Shown piece by piece: positions 12,993 through 23,497 of a stretch of DNA of 37,830 nucleotides (position 1 is the first letter of the stretch; the number at the start of each line of letters is the position of its first letter). A program made the translations under genes and the position numbers. The notes below the pieces were generated by a model that ran no database searches, was not told the origin of the DNA, and worked only from the letters and a program-made list of their open reading frames with translations. Source of the stretch: Thainema sp. (lineage in GTDB: Bacteria > Cyanobacteriota > Cyanobacteriia > Phormidesmidales > Phormidesmidaceae); contig JBQLZK010000065.1 in NCBI GenBank assembly GCA_052168235.1, positions 1-37,830 on the forward strand, read 5' to 3'.

Positions 12993-13075
12993 AGGGCTTT
13001 ATTAACGTTCAGATGTTTACGTTCAGCGAGAACAAGCAGCGAGAATAAAACTTTAATAACGAACCACCATTAACA

Positions 13076-13102
13076 GAAAAGCGCGCTAACAGCGCGCTTT
13101 TC
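13076..13102 (-). terminator. Intrinsic terminator-like hairpin downstream of desC
   Basis: GAAAAGCGCGCT-AAC-AGCGCGCTTTTC, 12-bp stem including the A/T tails. Confidence 0.65.
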
Positions 13103-13229
13103 CAGTTTTTTAACTATCGCTTTAGTCGGTTTGAGAAAATCATTATTTGATAGTCTCTCTGCAAACTTGGGTCAAAGCTAATTGGCTTTGATGATCCTGC
13201 TTAGTTATTGGAAGTGAGGGATTTGATAC

Positions 13230-14063
13230 CTAAACTTTTTGAGGCAGCTTCACCTTTTTAGCTAATCCCAATGTTTCTAGGGTACGGATGGTTATCCAGG
13301 TCATATCAAACTCCCACCACTGCAAGCCGTGGCGAGCTGAATATTGATAGGCATGGTGATTATTGTGCCAGCCTTCGCCGTAGGTCAGTAATGCAACCCA
13401 CCAGCAGTTGGTAGACGCATCGCCAGATTCATGGGAGCGGTAGCCAAACTTGTGGGTTGCACTATTCACAAACCAGGTGCAGTGGTAAACCGCAACGAGG
13501 CGCACAAAAATGCCCCAGACGACAAACGACCAGCCGCCAAATCCGGACAGCTCGCCTAATGCATATAGAACAATGCCCAGTCCGGCCTGGACAACTAAAA
13601 AGTACTTTTCAAAGAACTGATAAATCGGATCATCAATAATGTCTTTTGTAAAACGAGGTAGTTCTGATCGAGCAGGCACATCGTAGAACATCCAAGCCAT
13701 GTGGCTCCACCAAAATCCCTTATTGGAATTGTGATGGTCGTTAGCCTGATCAGAATAGGCGTGATGGTGGCGGTGTAAACCAACCCATTCAATCGGCCCA
13801 CCTTGACAAGCCAAGCTGGCGCAGAACACGAGAAAATACTCAAGCCACTTGGGCGTTTGGAAACTGCGGTGACTGACCAAACGGTGCAGTCCGAGAGTAA
13901 TGCCCAAGCCACCTGTGACCCAGTGCAGGAACAGCATGATTCCTACTGCTGGCCAGCTAAAGTTGCTGGGTAAAAAGGCAAACAGTGCCCCAATGTGAAT
14001 GGCCGCCATGAAAATAATTGTCGGCCAGGAATATGGAAGTTTAGTTGTTGTTGCAACAGTCAT
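13230..14063 (-). CDS. desC: Delta-9 acyl-lipid desaturase
   Basis: His boxes HRLVSH, HRHHH and HNNHH; GFWWSHM; NSATHKFGY. Confidence 0.94.
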   Translation of the reverse strand: MTVATTTKLPYSWPTIIFMAAIHIGALFAFLPSNFSWPAVGIMLFLHWVTGGLGITLGLHRLVSHRSFQTPKWLEYFLVFCASLACQGGPIEWVGLHRHHHAYSDQANDHHNSNKGFWWSHMAWMFYDVPARSELPRFTKDIIDDPIYQFFEKYFLVVQAGLGIVLYALGELSGFGGWSFVVWGIFVRLVAVYHCTWFVNSATHKFGYRSHESGDASTNCWWVALLTYGEGWHNNHHAYQYSARHGLQWWEFDMTWITIRTLETLGLAKKVKLPQKV

Positions 14064-14136
14064 GCGATAATCTCAATCGTCAATTTTGAAGCCCAATCTG
14101 CACATTTCGCGGTCAAACTCCCTGAGAATCTAAGCT

Positions 14137-15372
14137 ATGGACAGTTCAACGTCGATTCAAGACGCAGAAAAGGCGCTCTTCCAGATTTTTTCCGGAATTG
14201 ATGCACAGGTCAAGGAAAATCTCAGGCGAGTTCTTACAGCATTTCAGAAGCACCGTGTCGGAGTCCATCATTTCGCCAGTGTCACAGGGTATGGACATGG
14301 TGATTTGGGACGACAGGTGCTTGATCAGGTATTTGCTGATGTTATGGGAGCAGAAGCTGCTGCCGTACGGGTTCAGTTTGTATCTGGCACCCATGCGATC
14401 GCATCCGCCTTGTTTGGCGTCCTGCGTCCTGGTGATGAACTGTTAGCCGTTGCCGGTTCTCCTTATGACACGCTCGAAGAAGTGATTGGACTTCGTGGAA
14501 AAGGTCAGGGTTCCCTCCAGGATTTTGGCATCACGTATCGACAGCTAGCACTAACCGAGGCAGGCAGCATAGACTGGCCTACACTCGCCAATGCAGTTCG
14601 CGATCGCACCCGTATGGTGCTGATCCAACGTTCCTGTGGGTACTCTTGGCGACCTAGCCTCTCCATTGTAGATATTCAGCGGATAATTGACTCAGTTAAG
14701 AGACAGAATCCGGAAGTGGTATGTTTCGTCGATAACTGCTACGGCGAGTTTGTAGAGGCCCAGGAACCCACGATGGTAGGGGCGGATCTGATGGCGGGTT
14801 CGCTGATTAAAAATCCCGGCGGCACCATTGCGACGGCAGGCGGATATGTGGTCGGACAGGCTGATTTAGTTGAGCTAGCGGCCAATCGGCTCACAGCTCC
14901 GGGTATCGGTACAGCGGGCGGCGCGACGTTTGATCAAAATCGATTGCTGTATCAAGGACTCTTTCTGGCACCGCAGATGGTGGGCGAAGCGCTGAAAGGG
15001 AATCACTTAACGGCCCAGGTTTTCCATCAGTTGGGCTATCCCGTGAATCCTCTGCCGACCGTGCCGCGCCGGGATGTAATTCAAGCCATTCAATTTGGTT
15101 CACCTAAAAAGTTGATTGCCTTTTGCCGTGCGATTCAACAGCACTCTCCAATTGGCTCCTATCTCGATCCGATACCAGCCGGAATGCCAGGTTATGAAAG
15201 CGAACTGGTGATGGCAGGTGGCACATTCATTGATGGCAGCACCTCTGAGTTTTCGGCAGACGGGCCATTACGAGAACCCTACGTTGCCTTCTGTCAGGGC
15301 GGCACCCACTGGACACACGTTGCGATCGCGCTTGAAGCCGCTGTAGCAGCCGTGGGTGCTTGCACCGAATAA
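14137..15372 (+). CDS. Methionine gamma-lyase family / aluminium-resistance (YnbB-like) PLP enzyme
   Basis: GYGHGD.GR, FVSGTHAI, IQRS.GY, VDNCYGEF, AGSLIKNPGG (PLP Lys), MAGGTFIDGST.E.SADGP.R. Confidence 0.93.
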   Translation: MDSSTSIQDAEKALFQIFSGIDAQVKENLRRVLTAFQKHRVGVHHFASVTGYGHGDLGRQVLDQVFADVMGAEAAAVRVQFVSGTHAIASALFGVLRPGDELLAVAGSPYDTLEEVIGLRGKGQGSLQDFGITYRQLALTEAGSIDWPTLANAVRDRTRMVLIQRSCGYSWRPSLSIVDIQRIIDSVKRQNPEVVCFVDNCYGEFVEAQEPTMVGADLMAGSLIKNPGGTIATAGGYVVGQADLVELAANRLTAPGIGTAGGATFDQNRLLYQGLFLAPQMVGEALKGNHLTAQVFHQLGYPVNPLPTVPRRDVIQAIQFGSPKKLIAFCRAIQQHSPIGSYLDPIPAGMPGYESELVMAGGTFIDGSTSEFSADGPLREPYVAFCQGGTHWTHVAIALEAAVAAVGACTE

Positions 15373-15397
15373 CTCATCAACTCATCATTAAAGCTAG

Positions 15398-15435
15398 AAG
15401 GGCGATGCTGCTCATGGAGCAGCATCGCCCTTTTT
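15398..15435 (+). terminator. Intrinsic terminator
   Basis: AAGGGCGATGCTGCTC-ATG-GAGCAGCATCGCCCTT followed by a T tract, 25 bp after the stop. Confidence 0.8.
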
Positions 15436-15798
15436 GGGGTTATGTATAGTACCTGGATGGCAACTGCGCTATAGCGAACGAAACTGGCCCTCAATATATT
15501 CGGGGCGACAAGCAAATATCGTGTAGCCGTTAATCCGCATCAGCGAAACCGCATTGCGATCGCACTCAAGAACTCGATAATAATGACCCTCTTTTGAAAT
15601 TAAAATCGTACCTTTTTGAACAGACATGGCTTAAATGGTTTAGATGAAATGAATTTACAAGGTTCCGCAACATTAACGGCTTGAACGTACCAACCTAAAT
15701 TAAGAAAATTGCAGGTCGGGTTCAGTCAGCACAGCGCTTGGTTTGGTTGTTATGGTTTCAGTCGGTAGCAGCCCTAACGGCTTACAGCTCCAGCCAAA

Positions 15799-15817
15799 AA
15801 GTTAAGTTAAAGTTAAA
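15799..15817 (-). promoter_or_regulatory. 11-bp-period direct repeat matching the SphR Pho-box unit (OmpR/PhoB-family site)
   Basis: Minus strand reads TTTAACTT-TAA-CTTAACTT, two exact YTTAAYYW units with a 3-nt spacer. Confidence 0.4.
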
Positions 15818-16235
15818 TCAGCTTATAGTTTGACTATGCCGTTTGGTATAAATTGCGACAAGTTATCTTTAAGCAACTTTACTGTTGTATAAAAAAGTTG
15901 ACGAGAATACAAAGCGCTGATGAGAGAAAAGGAAGGATTTCTTCATGATTCCGTCCTTGCTCCTTCGTAAAATTACTGTGGACGCAATTGTTTCCATGAT
16001 TGATCACGACCTGCCCAACCTTCAGAATCGAATCATAAGTAACTGCCACGTCACAACGACGAGCCTAACTTATAGAAAATCCAGCAGTTGACCGATAGAG
16101 AAGCGCCCTAAAAAAAATCACGATTTGTTACGGACTATTTCAGTTCAGTCACATGTGGCGAGTAATCCCCCGAGCGAGGATTAAGGCCGTGATACGATGC
16201 CACTCGTAGCTTCTAGAGACGTGGAGTAAGTACCG

Positions 16236-17459
16236 TTGACACTACGGGTTGCTGTTGTTGGGTCCGGTCCGGCAGGCTCTTCGGCTGCCGAGACACTTGT
16301 AAAAGCAGGTATCGAAACCTACCTGATTGAGCGGAAGTTGGATAACGCGAAGCCCTGCGGCGGCGCGATTCCGCTCTGCATGGTAGACGAATTTGATTTG
16401 CCACCTGAAATCATCGATCGTCGCGTCCGCAAGATGAAGATGATTTCACCATCCAATGTTGAAGTCAATATTGGCAGCACGCTGAAAGACGACGAGTACA
16501 TCGGCATGTGCCGTCGGGAAGTGCTAGATGGATTTTTGCGTGATCGCGCTAAGGAATTAGGTGCCAAGCTGATCAACGGCACGGTACACAAACTGGAGAT
16601 TCCGGGTAACGACCGTGATCCCTATATTCTCCATTACGCTGATCATTCCAATGGCAGCCTGACGGGTGAACACAAAACGCTCAAGGTTGACCTGGTGATT
16701 GGTGCCGATGGCGCAAACTCTCGGATTGCGCGGGCGATTGATGCTGGCGATTACAACTATGCGATCGCATTTCAAGAGCGCATCCGTTTGCCCGAAGACA
16801 AAATGGCCTATTACGAAGATTTGGCCGAAATGTATGTCGGTGACGACGTTTCGCCCGACTTCTATGCTTGGGTCTTCCCGAAATACGACCACGTGGCTGT
16901 CGGTACGGGCACCATGCGCGTCAACCAGGCCAAGATCAAGCAGCTTCAGGCTGGCATCCGGGCACGGGCCGCTCATCGCCTAGCGGGTGGTGAAATTATC
17001 AAAGTTGAAGCTCACCCCATCCCTGAGCACCCCCGTCCGCGTCGTGTGGTCGGTCGTGTGGCTCTGGTGGGTGACGCGGCTGGTACAGTTACCAAGTCCT
17101 CTGGGGAAGGCATTTACTTTGCCGCCAAGTCGGCTCGTATGTGCGCAGAAACCATTGTGGAGTTCTCCCAGAATGGCCAACGAGTTCCCACTGAGGATGA
17201 GCTAAAGCTCTACATCAAGCGTTGGGATAAGCAGTATGGCATAACCTACTTGGTTTTGGATATACTCCAGCGGGTGTTCTACCGTTCTGATGCCACACGG
17301 GAAGCCTTTGTTGAAATGTGTGCTGATATCGATGTACAAAAGCTGACATTCGACAGCTACCTTTACAAGACGGTAGTTCCGGCTAACCCCATCACTCAGA
17401 TGAAAATTACCGCCAAAACGATTGGCAGCTTGCTACGCGGTAACGCTCTAGCACCATAG
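16236..17459 (+). CDS. chlP: Geranylgeranyl diphosphate reductase
   Basis: TTG start with GGAG upstream; VVGSGPAG, AKPCGGAIPLCM, IGADGANS, LVGDAAG.VTKSSGEGIYFA. Confidence 0.97.
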   Translation: MTLRVAVVGSGPAGSSAAETLVKAGIETYLIERKLDNAKPCGGAIPLCMVDEFDLPPEIIDRRVRKMKMISPSNVEVNIGSTLKDDEYIGMCRREVLDGFLRDRAKELGAKLINGTVHKLEIPGNDRDPYILHYADHSNGSLTGEHKTLKVDLVIGADGANSRIARAIDAGDYNYAIAFQERIRLPEDKMAYYEDLAEMYVGDDVSPDFYAWVFPKYDHVAVGTGTMRVNQAKIKQLQAGIRARAAHRLAGGEIIKVEAHPIPEHPRPRRVVGRVALVGDAAGTVTKSSGEGIYFAAKSARMCAETIVEFSQNGQRVPTEDELKLYIKRWDKQYGITYLVLDILQRVFYRSDATREAFVEMCADIDVQKLTFDSYLYKTVVPANPITQMKITAKTIGSLLRGNALAP

Positions 17460-17482
17460 TAGTTTCAATTTCATAACCCCTT

Positions 17483-17529
17483 AAAAGCGAGACTTGTTGC
17501 CGCTCAGCGGCAACAAGTCTCGCTTTTTT
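17483..17529 (+). terminator. Intrinsic terminator after chlP (22-bp inverted repeat)
   Basis: AAAAGCGAGACTTGTTGCCGCT-C-AGCGGCAACAAGTCTCGCTTTT plus TT. Confidence 0.8.
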
Positions 17530-17694
17530 GCATGCAGATGCTAGCTTGAGATCTTGGCTTTTTATATCTATCTGAAGGATTTCGGCAGCGATCCCATCTC
17601 ACGGTAGGATTGTCAGGATATGTCAACGTGCAAAACATCAGATTTTTAGCTCTGACATTTTCTGCCGTTTGCGTTTAGATTACAGAGGTTTTAT

Positions 17695-18102
17695 ATGAGA
17701 AAGTTTCTATCTCGCCTACTTAGTTTAGTTATGGTTGCCTTCATTGGCCTGACCACCGTTGCCTGCTCTGCCAATGTCGCCTCGACGCTTTCAGGTGACT
17801 ATCGCCAAGACACCTTGGCCTTGATTGATACGATGAAATCGGCACTCAATGCCCCTGAGGGGTCAGATGTTCAAGCTGAAGCGCAAGCCGACGCGCGCCA
17901 GATGATTAATGACTATGCAGCCCGCTACCGTCGCGACTCCTCGGTACAAACGTTGGCGTCTTTCACTACGGTACGAACAGCGCTGAATTCCCTAGCAGGG
18001 CACTACAGCTCCTATCCCAATCGCCCAGTTCCTGAAAAGCTAAAAGCTCGTTTAGAGCGGGAATTTCAGCAGGTTGAGCTAGCTCTGCGGCGGGGTGCCT
18101 AG
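17695..18102 (+). CDS. psb27: Photosystem II assembly lipoprotein Psb27
   Basis: Signal peptide with lipobox (TVAC), LSGDYRQDT, ARYRR, SFTT.RTALNSLAGHY, PVPEKLK.RL. Confidence 0.95.
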   Translation: MRKFLSRLLSLVMVAFIGLTTVACSANVASTLSGDYRQDTLALIDTMKSALNAPEGSDVQAEAQADARQMINDYAARYRRDSSVQTLASFTTVRTALNSLAGHYSSYPNRPVPEKLKARLEREFQQVELALRRGA

Positions 18103-18161
18103 ATTTGGGCCATTAGCTGACTCACGGCCTTAATTTTTAACCTTTTCCAAGACAAATGTAT

Positions 18162-18206
18162 AAGTGGGCATTTGATGTAGCAGTGCGATGATCAATGCCC
18201 ACTTTT
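18162..18206 (+). terminator. Terminator-like hairpin after psb27
   Basis: AAGTGGGCATT...AATGCCCACTT (11-bp stem, long loop) ending in a short T run. Confidence 0.5.
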
Positions 18207-18586
18207 AGGTTTGGTACAATTTGAGGAGTTAGCTAGCTTCACCAATAACTTTATTTTGCCGCGATTTCGTTACGCTAACTTTGCAGCAATTGGCAGATGT
18301 TCAATAGCCATGGTGATAGTGAACTCTGTAGTTTGCAGCACAACGTAAACTTGCGGCTCGTGGGATAAGTGCATTTAATCAAGTTCAAACTTGAATTACT
18401 CCTAACAGGCGTTACTGATTCGTAGAGCAACATTACGATGTCTCGCAAAGCGAGAAGATAGTTTGATACCGTCTTGGTAGCTCAGAGCCAGTAAAAAGAA
18501 ATCTCGGTTTAGTAACGCCAGCTTCCTCTCGTTATCTTTTCTCTCGAAGTCAAATATTACAAACAGATTATAAATTTTTTGTTTTG

Positions 18587-18629
18587 GTATAATTTCTGTC
18601 CTTTTAAAGAAACAAGGTCTGATTACTAT
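18587..18629 (+). promoter_or_regulatory. Possible imperfect NtcA-type promoter of glnN
   Basis: T-rich flank, GTA-N8-GTC (18587-18600), 23-nt spacer, TACTAT -10 (18624-18629). The right half-site deviates from TAC. Confidence 0.3.
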
Positions 18630-18660
18630 CGGGTAGTTCAAACTTTGCAAGTGATAGATT

Positions 18661-20835
18661 ATGAGTGGAAATGAAGCTCGAGTTCAAGCAGTTTATCAAA
18701 TCACAAATCGGCAGTTAATGCCACCCAAACCGCCAAAATGTTTGGAGGAAATTTGGGCTGAAAATGTCTTTGATCTCAGCAAAATGCAGGCGAGCCTTCC
18801 GAAAGCCGTCTTCAAATCCATCCAAAAAACGATTTTGACAGGGGAAAAGCTCGATCTATCTGTTGCCGATGCTGTGGCTACGGCTATGAGAGATTGGGCG
18901 ATGGCAAAAGGCGCACTCTACTACGCCCACGTCTTTTATCCAATGACGAATTTGACGGCGGAAAAACACGATGGCTTCATTTCCGTGCAGGGTGATGGCA
19001 AGGTGATCTCAGAGTTTTCTGGTAAAGTCCTTGTCCAGGGTGAGCCGGATGGTTCCTCATTTCCCAACGGCGGCATTCGGGATACGTTTGAAGCGCGTGG
19101 ATATACGGGCTGGGATGTCACCAGTCCGGCCTACATCATGGAAACGGATAACGGTTCTACGTTGTGCATCCCCACTGTTTTCGTGTCTTGGACGGGAGAA
19201 GCACTGGATAAGAAAGTACCGCTCTTACGCTCTATTGCCGCGATGGATAAGGCGGCTAACAAGGTTTTGAAGCTGTTGGGCAATGAAAATGTTGCACCTG
19301 TCAATTCCAGTTGTGGAGCAGAACAGGAATATTTCTTAGTAGATGCTAATTTTGCCAGCCTGCGGCCTGATTTGCTCTTAGCGGGTCGTACACTATTTGG
19401 TAAAGCACCTGCCAAGGGCCAGGAGTTTGATGACCACTACTTTGGAGCAATTCCAGAGCGGGTGCAGGTCTTTATGCAGGATGTGGAAGAAACTCTATAC
19501 AAGCTAGGTATTCCGGCCAAAACCCGCCACAACGAAGTCGCGCCTGGACAGTTTGAAATTGCGCCTTTTTTTGAAGCGGCCAACGTTGCCAGCGACCATC
19601 AGCAGCTGATTATGACGGTTCTGCGCCATACGGCTAAAAAGCATGGCTTTATGTGTTTGCTGCACGAAAAGCCCTTTGCGGGGATCAACGGCTCCGGTAA
19701 ACACGTCAACTGGTCAGTTGGCAATTCTACTCAAGGCAATTTGTTAGATCCTGGCGATTCGCCTCACGATAACGCTCAATTCTTAGTGTTCTGCGGTGCG
19801 GTGATTCGCGGTGTTCACAAGTATGGCCCCCTGATGCGAGCTGCGATCGCAACTGCCAGTAATGACCACCGTTTAGGAGCCAACGAAGCACCGCCAGCGA
19901 TCATGTCGGTGTATCTGGGGACTCAGCTTGAAGAAGTGTTTGAGCAAATCAAAACCGGTACCGTTAAGGAATCTAGCCAGAAAGGAGTCTTGGATTTAGG
20001 CGTTGATGTTTTGCCCACGTTGACGAAGGATGCGGGCGATCGCAACCGCACCTCACCCTTTGCATTCACGGGTAACCGCTTTGAATTCCGCGCTGTTGGC
20101 TCCAACCAGTCCGTCTCAGGGCCGCTGATTGTACTCAATACCATGCTGGCCGATTCGCTGGATTGGATAGGTAATCGCCTGGAAAACGAGCTTTCGAAAG
20201 GTTTAGATCTCAACTCAGCCATCATCACTGTGCTCAAAGAAGTGATGGAAGAGCATGGTGCGGTGATCTTTGGTGGCAATGGCTATTCTGAAGCATGGCA
20301 CAAAATGGCGGTTGAAGATCGGGGATTAGCGAACCTGCCCACCACAGCGGATGCTCTGCCTGTCCTCAAAGCAGAATATATTGAGGATTTATTTAAAAAG
20401 ACTGGGGTACTGACGCCAGTTGAACTGGAAAGCCGCTTTGAGGTCTATGCCGAGCAGTACATTCTATCGATCGAGGTTGAAGCCAGGCTTGTAATCAATA
20501 TGGCCAAGACCTTGGTTTACCCCGCAGCAGTTGAGTACTTGTCCAAGCTGTCGTCCACCATTGCCAGCCTGTCTGGCTTGGGCATCGATTTTGAAAAGGA
20601 AAGTGCTAAGACAGTGGCTGATTTGACCAATGCACTGGTAGCAACAATCAGCAAACTCAGCACTGCTATGGAAAAACACAGCTTTGCATCTACCGAAGAG
20701 AACATGCAGTACTGTGCATCCACGATTCGTCCACTCATGGATGAAGTGCGCGGATACGTCGATGCTCTAGAAGGTGAGATTCCAGATAGCTTCTGGCCAC
20801 TGCCAACTTACCAGGAAATGCTGTTTATCAAATAG
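18661..20835 (+). CDS. glnN: Glutamine synthetase type III
   Basis: 724 aa; [96 protein letters not shown]. Confidence 0.97.
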   Translation: MSGNEARVQAVYQITNRQLMPPKPPKCLEEIWAENVFDLSKMQASLPKAVFKSIQKTILTGEKLDLSVADAVATAMRDWAMAKGALYYAHVFYPMTNLTAEKHDGFISVQGDGKVISEFSGKVLVQGEPDGSSFPNGGIRDTFEARGYTGWDVTSPAYIMETDNGSTLCIPTVFVSWTGEALDKKVPLLRSIAAMDKAANKVLKLLGNENVAPVNSSCGAEQEYFLVDANFASLRPDLLLAGRTLFGKAPAKGQEFDDHYFGAIPERVQVFMQDVEETLYKLGIPAKTRHNEVAPGQFEIAPFFEAANVASDHQQLIMTVLRHTAKKHGFMCLLHEKPFAGINGSGKHVNWSVGNSTQGNLLDPGDSPHDNAQFLVFCGAVIRGVHKYGPLMRAAIATASNDHRLGANEAPPAIMSVYLGTQLEEVFEQIKTGTVKESSQKGVLDLGVDVLPTLTKDAGDRNRTSPFAFTGNRFEFRAVGSNQSVSGPLIVLNTMLADSLDWIGNRLENELSKGLDLNSAIITVLKEVMEEHGAVIFGGNGYSEAWHKMAVEDRGLANLPTTADALPVLKAEYIEDLFKKTGVLTPVELESRFEVYAEQYILSIEVEARLVINMAKTLVYPAAVEYLSKLSSTIASLSGLGIDFEKESAKTVADLTNALVATISKLSTAMEKHSFASTEENMQYCASTIRPLMDEVRGYVDALEGEIPDSFWPLPTYQEMLFIK

Positions 20836-20870
20836 CGTTGTAGCGCTCCGCGCTTAAGTAAAACCACTAT

Positions 20871-20907
20871 TTTTCGGGAAGCCGCGCTCCGCGCGGCTTC
20901 CCGAAAA
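20871..20907. terminator. 17-bp perfect inverted repeat between convergent glnN and the HAD gene
   Basis: TTTTCGGGAAGCCGCGC-TCC-GCGCGGCTTCCCGAAAA; a second AGCGC-TCC-GCGCT mini-hairpin lies at 20842-20854. Confidence 0.55.
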
Positions 20908-20953
20908 GCGCGATCGCAGGTTTATTGTATGACCAGCGTTCGGGGCACAGCAT

Positions 20954-21766
20954 TCAAGCTAGATGTTGGGTGAGATCTGCGATCGCACTGGCCCAGCCCT
21001 GACAACCCGGTGCATCGGCAATCCGCCAGCCGCGATTGGCTAACTGCGGGTGTGGCCCTTGCAAACCGGGGATAACCACTGGGATATCGACGACTTCCAG
21101 CATGGCGAGATCATTGGGACTATTGCCCAGGCCAATAGTTGTAACTGGGGTATCGAGTTGCGATCGCTGATAGGCATCGACAAGTTGCTGCACGGCTTTC
21201 CCTTTGCCCGCACCCGGTCCAATCAAATGAGAAAAGCGATCGCCAACGACGACCTGGAAACCTTCGGCCTGCACAGCTTGCTCAATCTGCTCAGCAGAAC
21301 GCTGTTTAGGAGTAACAAACGGTTCGGTAAAGTCCCTCATTTTGGCTTGTTCAGCGTCGGCAGCGGGTAATCCTGTCCGCTCCACCACATCTGCTACAGA
21401 CATATCACCAAATCCCATCAGCTCCAGCTCTAAAGCCTGCGCCACTAGTCCTAGAGCTGCACGTGCCTCGGCGTAGGTACAGCCAAGCTGTAGCAGTCGG
21501 TACGTACCCCGATCCGCCGTTTTTGCTAGATCAAAGCGCGTTTCAGCCTGCGGAATAAACACACCGCTGCCGTTTTCGACAATAAATGGTTCGCTTAAGC
21601 CTACTGCCTGACGTAGATGCTCAACTTCGGCACGGGTTTTACTGGTAACCGGAATGACGGGAATCTTTGCCTGTTTGAGGCGCTCAAGCTGGGGCAGAGC
21701 CGCTTGATAGTCGTAGTCATCCTGATTTAACAGGGTTCCGTCTAAATCAGTAAAAATCAGCAGCAC
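20954..21766 (-). CDS. HAD-IIB phosphatase, mannosyl/glucosyl-3-phosphoglycerate phosphatase (MpgP/GpgP) family
   Basis: IFTDLDGTLL, TSKT..E, FIVENG, RDFTEPF, KGKA, GLGNSPNDLAML; GTG start. Confidence 0.9.
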   Translation of the reverse strand: MLLIFTDLDGTLLNQDDYDYQAALPQLERLKQAKIPVIPVTSKTRAEVEHLRQAVGLSEPFIVENGSGVFIPQAETRFDLAKTADRGTYRLLQLGCTYAEARAALGLVAQALELELMGFGDMSVADVVERTGLPAADAEQAKMRDFTEPFVTPKQRSAEQIEQAVQAEGFQVVVGDRFSHLIGPGAGKGKAVQQLVDAYQRSQLDTPVTTIGLGNSPNDLAMLEVVDIPVVIPGLQGPHPQLANRGWRIADAPGCQGWASAIADLTQHLA

Positions 21767-21808
21767 TGGTCTTGACTAAATGAAAGATGAACTGAAACGA
21801 AACGGATG

Positions 21809-22153
21809 CTAAATCTGAATCTGCATCTCATCATATAGCCAGTTAACCACCTGTTGGCGCTCCGCTGGCTCAAGGCTAAACATACCGTTCATGCGCGTTC
21901 GATCATCAATCGCTTCCATGTCGGCCAGAGTAAAAAGTCCCGCCTTGTTAGCAATTTTGCACAGCAGATCATCCCGGTCTTCCTGATTTTTGGCATAGCG
22001 ATAGAGACGGGCCTGTTTGCTGAGATAGGCCACATCATAGTTCTCTTCATCAAGCCGTTGTCTCAGAGCATCTGGTACTGGCTCAGCTTCAACCATCTGA
22101 GCATAATCAGTATCAAGGATGCCGAGATCGACAATTTTGGGTTTATCACTCAC
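21809..22153 (-). CDS. Hypothetical acidic protein, possibly co-transcribed with the HAD phosphatase
   Basis: 114-aa ORF with GTG start, co-oriented and 42 bp upstream of the HAD gene; natural-looking composition. Confidence 0.7.
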   Translation of the reverse strand: MSDKPKIVDLGILDTDYAQMVEAEPVPDALRQRLDEENYDVAYLSKQARLYRYAKNQEDRDDLLCKIANKAGLFTLADMEAIDDRTRMNGMFSLEPAERQQVVNWLYDEMQIQI

Positions 22154-22427
22154 AGTTTATTACTCACTGAATCCATCAGTTTATCAAGCCATTTGATAAG
22201 ACTGACCTGTTATAGTCATTCTGTTTAGGTGGGGTTAAAGGGATTACAAACCAATTACCGCTACCTCTATTCAGACTGTCTAGCTTCAGGATGTCACTCT
22301 TCTCCCAAAAGCTCGGCAGGTTTAATAAAGCTGTAATCTGATCCCGCCCGTTTGACGAACAAATGTCAACGACTGGTCAGAATAAAGATGGCATGTTGAG
22401 TCAGTTGCATGTACGAGGAGCATGATT

Positions 22428-23213
22428 ATGCTAGCAAAACGAATTCTGCCCTGTTTGGATGTGAAGGCCGGACGGGTCGTAAAGGGCGTCAATTTTGTCG
22501 ATTTGCGGGATGCGGGCGATCCGGTTGAATTGGCTCAAGCCTACAACGAGGCTGGCGCAGATGAACTGGTGTTTCTTGACATTACGGCCACTCACGAAGA
22601 CCGAGACATCATTTACGACGTAGTGTATCGGACTGCCGAGCAGGTTTTCATCCCGCTGACGGTGGGTGGGGGCATCAGTTCCTTAGAAACGATTAAAAAA
22701 CTGTTACGAGCCGGAGCCGATAAGGTCAGTATTAATTCCTCTGCAGTGCGTAATCCGGACTTTATTAGTGAAGCTAGCGATCGCTTTGGCTGCCAGTGTA
22801 TCGTGGTGGCAATCGATGCTCGTCGTCGCACTGATCCTGAGCATCCGGGCTGGGATGTGTACGTGCGGGGAGGACGAGAGAATACTGGACTAGATGCGAT
22901 CGCATGGGCCAAAGAAGTGGCGCAGCGGGGTGCGGGGGAACTGCTGATCACCAGCATGGATGCGGATGGAACCCAGGCTGGATATGACTTAGAGCTAACC
23001 CGCACCATCGCCGAACAGGTGGAAATTCCCGTGATTGCCTCCGGTGGCGCGGGCAACTGTGACCATATTCGTGAGGCGCTGACGGATGGTAAAGCCGAAG
23101 CGGCACTGCTGGCGTCTTTACTGCATTATGGTCAGCTAACCGTAGCCGAAATTAAAGACCATCTGACTCAACACCAGATTCCAGTGCGGCAGCTTGTTCC
23201 CCATGCGCTGTAA
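22428..23213 (+). CDS. hisF: Imidazole glycerol phosphate synthase cyclase subunit
   Basis: [59 protein letters not shown] lies 7 nt before ATG 22428. Confidence 0.98.
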   Translation: MLAKRILPCLDVKAGRVVKGVNFVDLRDAGDPVELAQAYNEAGADELVFLDITATHEDRDIIYDVVYRTAEQVFIPLTVGGGISSLETIKKLLRAGADKVSINSSAVRNPDFISEASDRFGCQCIVVAIDARRRTDPEHPGWDVYVRGGRENTGLDAIAWAKEVAQRGAGELLITSMDADGTQAGYDLELTRTIAEQVEIPVIASGGAGNCDHIREALTDGKAEAALLASLLHYGQLTVAEIKDHLTQHQIPVRQLVPHAL

Positions 23214-23434
23214 AAATTCAGACTGTTCTTGTAAAAGTTCCATGCAGTGAGACATTCACGAAAATGTCTCCAATCGGCTGTGATCGGCGGATTGAGTCTG
23301 TGTGAGGCTTAGATTCACGGGGTAGCAGGGATAGACTGGATTTGTATGTGGGTTTCGTAACAAAAAAGCTGAACGGACTGTGCCAATAAAATTGGGATCT
23401 TTTAAGATTTATCGGGCGACAGTTAAGATTAACT

Positions 23435-23455
23435 GTTGTTACAATATGTAAAATA
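23435..23455. promoter_or_regulatory. HLR1-like (RpaB) direct repeat upstream of a small membrane protein gene
   Basis: Plus strand GTTACAAT-AT-GTAAAATA; minus strand TTTACATA-TT-GTAACAAC. One perfect KTTACAWW half in each orientation; overlaps TAAAAT. Confidence 0.45.
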
Positions 23456-23497
23456 AAGCTCTTAATGATAAAGCTAGCTTAAAAGCTCCCTCATAGC

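Noticed and set aside
15700..15800. Possible known cyanobacterial sRNA (Yfr1, Yfr2, PsrR1, NsiR4) in the chlP upstream spacer
   Set aside because: I could not find the hallmark motifs I can recall, such as Yfr1 ACTCCTCACAC; an Rfam scan would be needed.
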